This document shows, piece by piece, positions 53,530-63,522 of a stretch of DNA of 64,000 nucleotides. The first letter of the stretch is position 1. Each line of letters opens with the position of its first letter. The notes under the pieces were generated by a model. It saw only the letters and a list, made by a program, of their open reading frames with translations, was not told the DNA's origin and made no database searches. Source of the stretch: Candidatus Spongiisociaceae bacterium (GTDB taxonomy: Bacteria > Actinomycetota > Acidimicrobiia > Spongiisociales > Spongiisociaceae); contig CBDCOH010000002.1 in NCBI GenBank assembly GCA_965219685.1, positions 4,326,482 to 4,390,481 of the forward strand. Direction: 5' to 3'. The translations under genes were made by a program, and so were the position numbers.

Positions 53530-54588
53530 CTACCCGTCGGCCGGCGGGAGTAGGACGGTGTCGATGACGTGGATGATTCCGTTGGAGGCTTGGATGTCGG
53601 TGGTGGTGACTGTGGCGTTGTTGACTTGGACGGTGTTGTTGTTGATGGTGATGGTGATGTCGGCGCCGTTGACGGTGGTGACGTTTTGGCCGTCGAGGGT
53701 TGCGACGAGGTCGGAGGGTGCTTCGAGGGCGAGGACGTGGTAGGTGAGGACGGCGGTGAGTAGTTCGGTGTCGGCTAGGAGTTGTTCGGCGGTGATGCCG
53801 AGGGTGTTGAGGGCGGTGGTGAAGGCTTCTTCGGTGGGTGCGAACACGGTGAAGGGGCCGTCGCTGTTGAGGGTGTCGACGAGTCCTGCTGCTTGGACTG
53901 CTGCGACCAGGGTGGGGAAGGCTCCCGATTGGGCTGCGACTTCGACGATGGTTCCGGGCGTCTCCTGGGCCTCCTCGGTTGGGGGGAGTAGGACGGTGTC
54001 TATGACGTGGATGATTCCGTTGGAGGCTTGGATGTCGGTGGTGGTGACTGTGGCGTTGTTGACTTGGACGGTGTTGTTGTTGATGGTGATGGTGATGTCG
54101 GCGCCGTTGACGGTGGTGACGTTTTGGCCGTCGAGGGTTGCGACGAGGTCGGAGGGTGCTTCGAGGGCGAGGACGTGGTAGGTGAGGACGGCGGTGAGTA
54201 GTTCGGTGTCGGCTAGGAGTTGTTCGGCGGTGATGCCGAGGGTGTTGAGGGCGGTGGTGAAGGCTTCTTCGGTGGGTGCGAACACGGTGAAGGGGCCGTC
54301 GCTGTTGAGGGTGTCGACGAGTCCTGCTGCTTGGACTGCTGCGACCAGGGTGGGGAAGGCTCCTGATTGGGCTGCGACTTCGACGATGGTTCCCGGCGTC
54401 TCCTGGGCCTCTTCGGAGGGTGCGGCTTGGGTCGGCGCGGTAGTCATCTGGGTTGGTGCGGTCGTCGCTTGGGTCGTCGCCTGGGTTGTGGTCGCTACGG
54501 TCTCCTCAGAAGTGTCCCCGCCGCATGCTGCTGCCACGAGTGACACGGCGACTGCTGCTGCGATGAGTCGTGAAAGGGTTCTCGACAT
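53530..54588 (-). CDS. Fasciclin (FAS1) lipoprotein with two identical domains (MPT83-like)
   Basis: Lipobox AAAC; two copies of TVFAPTEEAF...LTYHV...NGIIHVIDTVLLP; RBS AAGGAG. Confidence 0.92.
   Translation of the reverse strand: MSRTLSRLIAAAVAVSLVAAACGGDTSEETVATTTQATTQATTAPTQMTTAPTQAAPSEEAQETPGTIVEVAAQSGAFPTLVAAVQAAGLVDTLNSDGPFTVFAPTEEAFTTALNTLGITAEQLLADTELLTAVLTYHVLALEAPSDLVATLDGQNVTTVNGADITITINNNTVQVNNATVTTTDIQASNGIIHVIDTVLLPPTEEAQETPGTIVEVAAQSGAFPTLVAAVQAAGLVDTLNSDGPFTVFAPTEEAFTTALNTLGITAEQLLADTELLTAVLTYHVLALEAPSDLVATLDGQNVTTVNGADITITINNNTVQVNNATVTTTDIQASNGIIHVIDTVLLPPADG
53549..54416. repeat. Near-perfect 438-bp tandem duplication of the FAS1 domain
   Basis: Copies start at 53549 and 53987; only a few synonymous differences seen. 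Confidence 0.93.
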
Positions 54589-54619
54589 GCTGCTCTCCTT
54601 ATCCGGCGTATACCCATAG

Positions 54620-54647
54620 ATACGGAGAGAGATGCGATCCTGGATGC
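54620..54647 (-). promoter_or_regulatory. Putative SigK-type ECF promoter for the fasciclin gene
   Basis: GCATCC-N16-CCGTAT, resembling the mycobacterial SigK CCATCC...CCGAA consensus. Confidence 0.55.
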
Positions 54648-54799
54648 AGGTTTCTTCGGGAATCTCGTTCGCAGCCGCGCTCGAGCCTGTAGATGGCGGC
54701 TCGGGATCCCTCCGGCGGCGTCGACGGTTCGCCGAGGCGATGGTCCTGCGAGGTTCCAATCGGCTCGGTTCGCGCTTGCATGGTATGTTGTGGCCTCCA

Positions 54800-54871
54800 T
54801 CGGGAGTGGTGTAATCGGCAGCACGACAGGTTCTGGCCCTGTTAGTAGGGGTTCGAGTCCTCTCTCCCGAG
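54800..54871 (+). tRNA. tRNA-Gln (CTG)
   Basis: TCGGGAG/CTCCCGA stem, ACAGG-TT CTG GC-CCTGT, GGTTCGAGTCC. Confidence 0.95.
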
Positions 54872-54898
54872 CGGTCGGTATCATCGGCCACAAGCAGT

Positions 54899-54971
54899 GG
54901 CCCCGTCGTCTAGGGGCCTAGGACGCCGCCCTCTCAAGGCGGAAACGCCAGTTCAAATCTGGTCGGGGCTG
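54899..54971 (+). tRNA. tRNA-Glu (CTC)
   Basis: GGCCCCG/CGGGGCT stem, CCGCC-CT CTC AA-GGCGG, GTTCAAATC. Confidence 0.95.
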
Positions 54972-55077
54972 CGACAGAACGGCCCGGTTGTCGCTCATCC
55001 ACCGAGGATGGAGACGACCGGGCCGGTTCGCGTACAGCAGTCCGGTCGATCCGAGTTCACGGTTCGAGTCCCTTGAC

Positions 55078-55785
55078 TCAGGCTCTTCCGTAGACGGGAA
55101 CCGCCGCTCCGGACATGACCCTCGACTCGCCCGCCAGGATGTAATCGGCCACCGCGGCGATCTCGTCGGGCGTGGGCCACTTCACATACTCCGAGAAGGG
55201 CATGGCGGCCCTGGTCGGCGGAGTGTCGATGACCGAGGGCAGGATCACGTTGACGGTGATGTCGGCATCCTCGAGTTCGAGAGCGGCCGTCTTGGCGAGA
55301 GCCACCACGCCGGCCTTGGCGATGTTGAATGCAGCCTGCCCCGGCGGGGTGTCGACCGCGGCCCGGCTCCCGATCAGCAGGATCCGTCCGCCCCCGCCCG
55401 CTTCCATGTATGGGATGGCGGCTCGGACCGTGCAGAATGCCGAACGGAGGTTCAGGTCGATCATACGGTCGAATCGCATGTCGTCGGTGTCCGCCACGTC
55501 CCTGCCGCCTGCCCAGCCCCCCACGAGCGAGGCGACGCAGTCGATCCTCCCGAACCGGGAGGCAATCGACTCCATGAAGCCTCCGATCTCCTGGCGGTCG
55601 ACCGCATTGACCCGCCGTAGAACCAGGCGGTCCTCGTCGTAGGGGAACCGGTCTTCGTACCCGTCCGCTTCGGCGGGGATCAGGTAGGTGGCGCCTATGC
55701 GGTATCCCTTGTCGAGCAACCTGCGGGTGAGGGCGGTACCCAACCATCCGGTCGCTCCGGTCAGTACGGCTACGGGACGGCTCAT
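55078..55785 (-). CDS. SDR family oxidoreductase
   Basis: TGATGWLG; FNIAK in place of the usual YxxxK; PSVIDTP. Confidence 0.85.
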   Translation of the reverse strand: MSRPVAVLTGATGWLGTALTRRLLDKGYRIGATYLIPAEADGYEDRFPYDEDRLVLRRVNAVDRQEIGGFMESIASRFGRIDCVASLVGGWAGGRDVADTDDMRFDRMIDLNLRSAFCTVRAAIPYMEAGGGGRILLIGSRAAVDTPPGQAAFNIAKAGVVALAKTAALELEDADITVNVILPSVIDTPPTRAAMPFSEYVKWPTPDEIAAVADYILAGESRVMSGAAVPVYGRA

Positions 55786-55823
55786 GCGCACAAGGATAGA
55801 GTGACCGGCGGGGTTCGAAGTCC

Positions 55824-57092
55824 TCAGCCGGACTTGTCGACTATCCAGAGGTCGGCCACGTTCGTCCCCGTCTTCCCGGTCCGCAGCAGGCCGCGCACTC
55901 TCTCGAGGTACGGGTGGGAGTCGCAGTCGTCCAGGTGTCTCCGGGCTAGTGCGGTGTCCGTGACCGTGCCGCCATCCACGCACCCACCCGCTGCGTCGGT
56001 CGGTCCGTCGACCCCGTCTGTACCCGCGGCCAGGAAACGGTGCCGGCTGCCGGCGATCTCGATGCCCGCAGCAACGGCCGCGTGCTGGTTGCGGCCCCCT
56101 CGCCCGTTTCCCGTCACCTCGACCGTGGTCTCTCCGGCCAGGACTCGGACCTCGCCCGCGGGCGTGGACTCGAGGGCGTGTATCGCCGCGTCGCATGCAG
56201 GTCCCTGTAGGGGTTCGGGGTGGAGGGAAACCTTCAGCCCCTCGTCGGCCAGGAAGCGGGTGGCGGCGTAACCCGCGGTGAAGCAGTCGGCCAGGATCAG
56301 GGCCGGTCCGGAGGGAGGACTCGGAACCCCGGCCCGGGCTGAACGGAGTGCCCGCTCCGCGGCGGGACCCGAGATCGCGAACCTGTCGAATACCTCGGCG
56401 ATCTCGGGCGCAGGCGTGCTCGGAGCCACCGTCGGCCCGGACGCCACCACCGCCGGGTCGCTGCCGACGTCGGAGACCACCAGGGTGGCGAGCCTGCCCC
56501 GGCACCTCGCGCCCAGGCGCCCTCCCTTGACGTTCGAGACCGCCCGGCGCACATGGTTCATCACCTCGATGGGCGCGCCCGACCGGAGCAGCCGGTCGTT
56601 GAGGTCACGAACATCATCCAGGGAGAGGCCTTCGACGGGGGCTTCCAGCAGGGCCGATCCTCCTCCCGAGACGAGAACGATCAGCAGGTCGCCGGGCGCC
56701 AGGCTCTCGGCCAGGGCCACCGCGGCCCGCGCCCCCCGCACGCTCCCGCGGTCGGGGATCGGATGGCCACCCACGACCAGCTCCGCCCATCGAGGCACGT
56801 CGCCGGACTCGTCGGTGACCACCAGTCCCCGGGAGATCAAGGGTCCGATGGCCTGGTCTGCCCCCCTGACCATTCCGACGGCCGCTTTACCGAAGGCCAG
56901 CACCGCGAGCCGCCGGGCTGGCATCAACTCGCCTGCCACGTTTACTCCCGCGCCGGCGGGACTCAACGCCCGGCGCACCAACCGGGTGGGCTCGACCGCC
57001 TCGAGAGCCGCGTCGACCGCGCCGAGCAGGCGCCGGGTGGCGGGGGGATCGACGGACCTGAGGTCTTCCAGCCGGGAGACGGCCGGGCCCAT
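55824..57092 (-). CDS. Glycerate kinase (DUF4147/MOFRL)
   Basis: FGKAA, SGGGSAL, SDV, GETTV, GGRNQ, GTDGVDG, TGTNVAD. Confidence 0.9.
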   Translation of the reverse strand: MGPAVSRLEDLRSVDPPATRRLLGAVDAALEAVEPTRLVRRALSPAGAGVNVAGELMPARRLAVLAFGKAAVGMVRGADQAIGPLISRGLVVTDESGDVPRWAELVVGGHPIPDRGSVRGARAAVALAESLAPGDLLIVLVSGGGSALLEAPVEGLSLDDVRDLNDRLLRSGAPIEVMNHVRRAVSNVKGGRLGARCRGRLATLVVSDVGSDPAVVASGPTVAPSTPAPEIAEVFDRFAISGPAAERALRSARAGVPSPPSGPALILADCFTAGYAATRFLADEGLKVSLHPEPLQGPACDAAIHALESTPAGEVRVLAGETTVEVTGNGRGGRNQHAAVAAGIEIAGSRHRFLAAGTDGVDGPTDAAGGCVDGGTVTDTALARRHLDDCDSHPYLERVRGLLRTGKTGTNVADLWIVDKSG

Positions 57093-57826
57093 CAGGGGGT
57101 GATCCTCTTGAACTCCTCCGCCTCGGCGAGGCCGGCGGCCACCCCCGCCGCTCGCGCCCGGCTGCGGATCTCGGCCCGGAACGCCTTCGTGGCCTCGGCG
57201 GTGAGACCGGCGTCGTCCATCGTGGTGGTGGCCTGGCTGGAGTGTGCCAGAAGAGCCTCGACCTTGCGGTCCACGAAGCCTTCCACGTCTTCCCGGTGGT
57301 CGGGCCGGTCGGCGGCCCACAGCAGGAGAGCAGCCGGCCGGTGGTGGGTGATCCCGTCTCTCAGTTGCTCGGGGAAGAAGAGGTGGTCCCGGGCAGCCAC
57401 AACTCCGTCCACGACCGCCCAACCGGTCGCCCGGTGGTCGGGATGGAGCATGTACCGTCGCCACGGGTCGTGGGAGAGCAGGATGTCGGGACGCGTCCGG
57501 CGGATCCACGCGCAGACCTCCGCCCTCAACGCCATCGAGTACTCCAGTTCCCCGTCGACGTATCCGAGGTTGAACGTGTCGGCGACTCCCATGGCTTCAG
57601 CCGCTCTCCGCTGCTCTTCGGCCCGGGTCCGCGCCAACTCGGCGGGGGACGCGTTGGGATCCCAGGATCCCTTGGACCCGTCGGTGAGGACGAGGAGCGT
57701 TATGTGGGCGCCCCCCGCCGCCCACTTGGCCATCGTCGCGGCCGCTCCGAACTCGGCGTCGTCAGGGTGGGCCCCGACGGCCAGTACGCGGCGTGGCGGC
57801 GGGAGGTCGGTAGTGGATGGGTCCAT
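57092..57826 (-). CDS. PIG-L family deacetylase
   Basis: AHPDD, HPDH, AHSSQ. Confidence 0.9.
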   Translation of the reverse strand: MDPSTTDLPPPRRVLAVGAHPDDAEFGAAATMAKWAAGGAHITLLVLTDGSKGSWDPNASPAELARTRAEEQRRAAEAMGVADTFNLGYVDGELEYSMALRAEVCAWIRRTRPDILLSHDPWRRYMLHPDHRATGWAVVDGVVAARDHLFFPEQLRDGITHHRPAALLLWAADRPDHREDVEGFVDRKVEALLAHSSQATTTMDDAGLTAEATKAFRAEIRSRARAAGVAAGLAEAEEFKRITP

Positions 57827-58104
57827 TCCGGTGCGGTAGTCGACCACGCTTCCGAGGGTAGCGTTCCAGTCGCCGACGATGTGCCGAGTGGGCGGGCTGC
57901 CGCCGCGCACACCCGGTAGGTTCCGTCTCAATGACGTTGCCAATTCGCGCGCTTCCGTCATTCGCCGGGCTGGTCAGAAAGGGCTAGCTGACAGGCAAGG
58001 TCGCCGTCCCGGACAGATTACGAGGAGAGGAGGCCCCGCTGAATCCGATCTCCCCCGTTGCACGGTCGCGGCAAGGGTCCACGCTCGCGAACTAACATCC
58101 ACCC

Positions 58105-59172
58105 ATGCAGATCACGCTGGAGAGCCTTCGGGCTATAGCGCTCGGGTGCACAGTCATGGCTGGTGGCGGGGGTGGCGATCCAAGAATCGGCCATCTTATG
58201 GCTGAAGAGGCGATCCGCGTGCTGGGCCCGGTCGATGTGTATCAACTCGACGATCTGGAGCCCGACGACCTGCTCCTCCCGTGCGGGATGATCGGAGCTC
58301 CTACCGTGATGGTCGAGAAGTTCCCCAATGGTGGCGAGGGGCGGGCCATCCGCGATGTTTACGAGCAGATCTACGGTCGCGAGGTCAAAGCAGTCATGCC
58401 CTTTGAGATGGGGGGGATCAACGGTGTCCTTCCTATCGCGTGGGCGGCTCATGCCGGGCTCCCGATGGTCGACGGCGACTTCATGGGAAGAGCCTTCCCG
58501 GAGTTACAGATGCTCACACCTCACCTGTTCGGGATGTCCGGTTGCCCGGCTGTCATTACCGACGAGCGTCTGCAGACGATCGTTTACAGAACGATGGACA
58601 ACGAATGGTTGGAGAAGCTAGCCCGAAACTCCGTGGCAACGTTCGGGGGTTCGGCTTGTGGCGGGTTGTATCCGATGACCGCCAGAGAAGCCCGTTTGCC
58701 GATCATTCCGGGAACGGTGTCTCTTGCCGAGAAACTGGGCCGCGCCGTTCGCTCTGATCGAGACGATCCCCTCCAGGCGATCTATGAGGTCATACCGGTC
58801 TTCAGACTGGGTGTCGGCAAGGTAATCGATGTCGAACGACGTACCAGTGGAGGGTTTGTTCGGGGGTTCGCGGCGATTGAAGGCATCGATCAGGACAAGG
58901 GAGCTGTTTTCCGGCTCGAATTCCAGAACGAGAACCTTGTGGTATTGAAGGACGACGAACTGCTGGCGACAGTCCCAGATGTCATCACGCTTCTCGACTA
59001 CCACACGGCCCACGGGATAGTTACCGAGGGAATCAGATACGGACAGCGAGTCCTGATCGTGGCCTTTCCTAGTCCGGAAGCATGGACAACGCCTGAGGGG
59101 ATAGCCGTAGTTGGGCCAAGGGCATTCGGGTACGACTTTGACTATGTAGGAGTCGAGAGCCGCTATGGGTGA
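58105..59172 (+). CDS. DUF917 family protein
   Basis: AGGGGGDP, GAPTVMVEK, EMGGIN, DGDFMGRAFPELQM, FQNENL, VGPRAFG. Confidence 0.88.
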   Translation: MQITLESLRAIALGCTVMAGGGGGDPRIGHLMAEEAIRVLGPVDVYQLDDLEPDDLLLPCGMIGAPTVMVEKFPNGGEGRAIRDVYEQIYGREVKAVMPFEMGGINGVLPIAWAAHAGLPMVDGDFMGRAFPELQMLTPHLFGMSGCPAVITDERLQTIVYRTMDNEWLEKLARNSVATFGGSACGGLYPMTAREARLPIIPGTVSLAEKLGRAVRSDRDDPLQAIYEVIPVFRLGVGKVIDVERRTSGGFVRGFAAIEGIDQDKGAVFRLEFQNENLVVLKDDELLATVPDVITLLDYHTAHGIVTEGIRYGQRVLIVAFPSPEAWTTPEGIAVVGPRAFGYDFDYVGVESRYG

Positions 59173-60724
59173 TGCTGCCTGGAGGATCGGGATCGATGTC
59201 GGTGGTACCAACACCGATGCGGTCGTGCTCGACTCGGGCGATCGTTTGTTGTCCCGAGTCAAGACATCAACGACCGAGGACGTTTCAAGCGGGGTCGTTG
59301 CCGCTCTGAGACTCGTCATTCGTGGCCTCAACGGCCCCGTTTCCAATATCGGCCATGTGATGCTAGGGACCACGCACGCGACCAACGCGATCCTTCAAAG
59401 AAAGGAGCTGTATAGGGTAGCGATGGTCAGGATCGGCGGTCCTGCGACTCGGTCCATCCCGCCGCTTGCTGGCTGGCCCGAGGACATCCGAAGCACCATC
59501 ACTTGCGGCGAAGCCGTTATCGATGGTGGAGTCGAGATGACGGGGGAGCCCCTCGTACCTCTGGATGAGGGTGCCGCCCGGGCGTTTCTGGGATCGGTTG
59601 CCGGTCAGGCCGAGGCGGTGGCTATTGCCGGTGTCTTCTCTCCGGTGGTTGCGGACCAAGAGCTTCGCGTCGAACAGATCGCCCGTGAGGAGATCGGTGA
59701 GGTTCCGGTCTCGCTGAGCCACGAGATCGGATCTCTGGGGCTCCTAGAACGAGAGAACGCCTGTGTCCTCAATGCCGCGCTGACCGGAGTGGCCCGCCGT
59801 GTGGTCGATGGACTGACCTCAGCGATGGCTACTAACGGAATCACAGCCAAGGCCTACATTGCCCAGAACGACGGTACGTTGATGGGCCTTGACTATGTAC
59901 GTCGATACCCGGTGCTCACTATCGGAAGTGGCCCTACTAACAGCATGAGAGGGGCTACCTACTTGGCAGGGCTGATGGATGCCCTGGTGATCGATGTTGG
60001 CGGCACATCCACAGATATCGGAATCATCAGCAACGGGTTTCCCCGTGAGTCGGCGACGGCAGTTGAGGTCGGTGGCGTACGCACGAATTTCAGGATGCCC
60101 GACCTCGTGTCTGTCGCAATCGGCGGTGGTACGGTCATCACCGACGACTCGACAGGGCTACGCCTCGGACCGGAGAGTGTCGGCTATCGAATCCTCGACG
60201 AGGCCCTTGTCTTCGGAGGCTCGACTCCGACCCTCACAGATGCTGCCGTCGCAGGAAGTCGGGCCGACTTTCTAGGTGGACCGGACCAGCTAAAGGGGTC
60301 TGCAGATCTGCTACTTCGCGCGTTGACGAGATCTGATCTCACCGTGAGCGAGGCAGTCGACCGGGCCAAGGTTTCGAGAACGGAGCTTCCACTGATAGCG
60401 GTCGGTGGAGGGAGCATCCTCATTCCCGATCGTATCCCAGGCGTGTCCGAGGTTATTCGACCTGATCACTACGATGTCGCCAACGCCATCGGAGCTGCTA
60501 TCGCTTCTGTGTCCGGGGAGATCGATCGCGTTTACAAACTCGGCGTCGGCGGTCGAGATGAAGCGGTGTCGGATGCGTTCACAACCGCAAAATATGAAGC
60601 GGTCAAAGCAGGGGCCGACCCGAACGGTGTAGAGGTCGTCGACATCGAAGAAGTACCTCTAGCTTATCTAACGGAACCTGTGATTCGGATCCGGGTCAAA
60701 GCGGCGGGCCCCCTAAAACCCTAA
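59165..60724 (+). CDS. Hydantoinase/oxoprolinase N-terminal-like protein (DUF917-associated)
   Basis: IGIDVGGTNTDAV, GTTHATNA, SGPTNSMRGA, DVGGTSTD, VANAIGAA. Confidence 0.9.
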   Translation: MGDAAWRIGIDVGGTNTDAVVLDSGDRLLSRVKTSTTEDVSSGVVAALRLVIRGLNGPVSNIGHVMLGTTHATNAILQRKELYRVAMVRIGGPATRSIPPLAGWPEDIRSTITCGEAVIDGGVEMTGEPLVPLDEGAARAFLGSVAGQAEAVAIAGVFSPVVADQELRVEQIAREEIGEVPVSLSHEIGSLGLLERENACVLNAALTGVARRVVDGLTSAMATNGITAKAYIAQNDGTLMGLDYVRRYPVLTIGSGPTNSMRGATYLAGLMDALVIDVGGTSTDIGIISNGFPRESATAVEVGGVRTNFRMPDLVSVAIGGGTVITDDSTGLRLGPESVGYRILDEALVFGGSTPTLTDAAVAGSRADFLGGPDQLKGSADLLLRALTRSDLTVSEAVDRAKVSRTELPLIAVGGGSILIPDRIPGVSEVIRPDHYDVANAIGAAIASVSGEIDRVYKLGVGGRDEAVSDAFTTAKYEAVKAGADPNGVEVVDIEEVPLAYLTEPVIRIRVKAAGPLKP

Positions 60725-61137
60725 GAAATACCTAATATCACTCCTTGCACATCGATCGCAAACGATACGCGGCTAGTACGACACCGACTGAGGCCACGCC
60801 GGAGATAGAACCGAGGTAGGACACTTGAGCAAGGCCTCGGCAAGCCCAGGATGTGGGCAAATCAGCAAGAAGCGTCGCTGATACTGGGTGTTCCGATGAT
60901 AGGGCGACCTAATCATAAGTCGTAAGGTACCCGATGTATAGATCTAAAGCCACCCGATACGTGATGTACGAGATGCCGGCCAAAACGAGGGCTCTGTTGC
61001 AACTGCTGTCGGCGAGTCGGCTGCACTACAGGCAGGCCGTGGGGTGGTGTAGACACGTCCAGTTTTCTGGGCCTCTGCACAGCATCCCTGCTAGCCATAC
61101 CAGTAGGATCACTCTCACGTATTAAGGAGGGATTTGC

Positions 61138-63522
61138 ATGACCGCTACCGAGACGGCCTCCAGCAAGCTTGTCGGGTCATCAGTCCGACGCATAGAGGAC
61201 CATCGGCTGCTCGCCGGACATGGCCAATACCTGGATGACATCTCCGTCCCACGCATGCTCGAGGCAGCAGTTCTACGCAGTCCATTCGCGCACGCTGACA
61301 TCACCAGTATCGATGTCAGCGAAGCGCTGGCGCTGCCGGGTGTGTTCGATGTCATTACCGGCCGAGACATCATGGCAGTCGCTAACCCGCAACCTATCAT
61401 CTGGCACCCGATCCCGGACCAGCGCAAGCCACAGTTTCACGCGTTGGCGGCCGATCGAGTGCGATGGGCCGGCCAGGCCGTTGCTGCGGTGGTAGCGGTC
61501 AACCGGTACGTTGCCGAGGATGCACTCGCCCTTATTGATGTGGAGTACGAGCCCCTACCCGTGGTCGCGAGTCTCGATTCCGCCTTGGCGGAAGACGCGC
61601 CCAGGATCTATGAGGACTGGCCCGACAACATCAGCGGGTCGTTGACCTATGACTTCGGGGACACGGCGACGGCGTTCGCCGAAGCGGACTTGGTCGTCTC
61701 GGAGACGTTTGAGCATGGTCGGGCCCTGGGGTGCCCACTCGAACCCAGAGGTTGTATCGCGACGTGGGACGCTTTCGCAGGCACACTGGATGTCTGGATC
61801 TCAACTCAATCGCCCAACCTGGCCCGCGATCTGCTGTCCGAGGTGTTTGACCTTCCGGTCCACCTGATCAGGGTACGGACCCCGGATCTCGGTGGTGGGT
61901 TTGGCAACAAGTTTGACTTCTATAGCGAAGAGGTGATGGCCTCCCTGCTCTCCAGGCGTACAGGTCGTCCGGTGAAGCTGGTCGAGGACCGCCGGGACAG
62001 CTTCGTTGCAACCGTGCACTCGCGCGAGATGCGTCTCGAGTACGAGATGGCGTTCCAGAACGACGGCACGATCACCGGCTTGCGCGGTACCACTTACGGG
62101 GTGATGGGGGGTGCCCTCGGCACCGTTGGGTCCGGGCCTTCGTGGGCGTCAGTCCTCACCTGTATGGGTCCATACAAGATCCCGAACCTCAATGTGACGG
62201 TGAAACCCGTGATGACCAATCGCTCGCCGTTCGGGTCGTTCCGAGCCTGGGGGGTTCAGAACGGGAACATCGTGCATGAGCGTTTGGTCGAGCTTGGTGC
62301 CAGGCGGCTGGGAATGGACCCGCACGAGATCCGCCGGAAGAACTTTCCGACGCCCGAGGAGTTTCCGCACTTCACCGGCGTGGCATTCGCCTACGACAGC
62401 GGCCGGTACGCCGACGCCTTGGACAAGACCCTAGCCAAGGTGGAGGAACTCGGATGGCATCGGATCAGAGCCGATGCTCGTGCTGCGGGTCGGTCGGTCG
62501 GGATCGGGTGCACATTCCATGTGGAGCCGAGTGCCTACGGGCCGAGCAGGATCCTCAACCTCGTCGGGTTGCAGCACTCGGGATTCGACGAGGAAGTGGT
62601 ACGGATCGATCCGATGGGCAAGGTTACGGTGTTCAGTGGCCAGATCAATATGGGCCAAGGCACACACACGATATTCGCCCAGCTCGCAGCTGACGGGCTA
62701 GGCGTGCCGATCGAGGACGTCAAGGTCGTCACCGGTGACACGGACTCCTGTCCGTACACCGGCTACGGAACAGGTGGAAGCCGGGCCGCGCCCCTTGGCG
62801 GCGGGGCGATCATAAGGGCGACGGCCAGGCTCAAGCAGAAGGTGTTGCGAATCGCCGCCCAACTCATGGAGGCTTCCCCCGAGGACCTCGAGATCCAGAG
62901 CGGCATCATATCCGTCAAGGGTTCACCCGGTCAGAGTGTCTCCATGCAGGACGTTGGCGACGCCGCTTACAGGCGGCTCAACGGGCGCCTTCCGGAGGAC
63001 GAGGTGCCGACGCTCGAAGAGACCGATGTCTACGATCCCGAGAACATGGCGACCTCATTCGGTTGCTCAGCCTTGCTCGTCGAGGTGGACCGCGAAACTG
63101 GTGTAGTCACGCTCCTGGATTTCGTAGTGACCGACGACTGCGGCACGGTGATCAACCCGATGCTCGTGGACGGACAGTTGGCGGGCGGCTTCGCGCAGGC
63201 CTTCGGCGGCGCGCTCTACGAAGAACTCGTCTACAACGAAGATGGGCAGTTGCAGACTGCCAGCTTCATGGACTACCTGATCCCGACCGCTTCGGAGATC
63301 CCACCGATCAGGGTGGTCCACCAGGAGACTCCCTCACCGCACATTCCAGGTGGAATAAAGGGTGTTGGGGAGTCGGGAACCATCGCCGGTGTGTCGTTGG
63401 TCGGCTCCGCGATCGACGATGCGCTGTCCGACATCGGCGTCAAGGTCACGAGGTTCCCGATGACTCCCGAGCGACTCTTGGACGAGATCCGAAGAGCTGA
63501 GAACGAGGAGGTGTCGGCGTGA
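61138..63522 (+). CDS. Xanthine dehydrogenase family molybdopterin-binding large subunit
   Basis: RSPFAHA, GGGFGNK, MGQG, KGVGESG; active-site loop SFRAWG. Confidence 0.92.
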   Translation: MTATETASSKLVGSSVRRIEDHRLLAGHGQYLDDISVPRMLEAAVLRSPFAHADITSIDVSEALALPGVFDVITGRDIMAVANPQPIIWHPIPDQRKPQFHALAADRVRWAGQAVAAVVAVNRYVAEDALALIDVEYEPLPVVASLDSALAEDAPRIYEDWPDNISGSLTYDFGDTATAFAEADLVVSETFEHGRALGCPLEPRGCIATWDAFAGTLDVWISTQSPNLARDLLSEVFDLPVHLIRVRTPDLGGGFGNKFDFYSEEVMASLLSRRTGRPVKLVEDRRDSFVATVHSREMRLEYEMAFQNDGTITGLRGTTYGVMGGALGTVGSGPSWASVLTCMGPYKIPNLNVTVKPVMTNRSPFGSFRAWGVQNGNIVHERLVELGARRLGMDPHEIRRKNFPTPEEFPHFTGVAFAYDSGRYADALDKTLAKVEELGWHRIRADARAAGRSVGIGCTFHVEPSAYGPSRILNLVGLQHSGFDEEVVRIDPMGKVTVFSGQINMGQGTHTIFAQLAADGLGVPIEDVKVVTGDTDSCPYTGYGTGGSRAAPLGGGAIIRATARLKQKVLRIAAQLMEASPEDLEIQSGIISVKGSPGQSVSMQDVGDAAYRRLNGRLPEDEVPTLEETDVYDPENMATSFGCSALLVEVDRETGVVTLLDFVVTDDCGTVINPMLVDGQLAGGFAQAFGGALYEELVYNEDGQLQTASFMDYLIPTASEIPPIRVVHQETPSPHIPGGIKGVGESGTIAGVSLVGSAIDDALSDIGVKVTRFPMTPERLLDEIRRAENEEVSA

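Noticed and set aside
46236-54971. Prophage or integrative element with attL/attR formed by the two tRNA-Glu genes
   Set aside because: Both are complete tRNAs with different anticodons and T-arms; there is no integrase or phage gene between them.
61138-63522. Aerobic CO dehydrogenase CoxL
   Set aside because: Lacks the AYxCSFR active-site motif (has SFRAWG).
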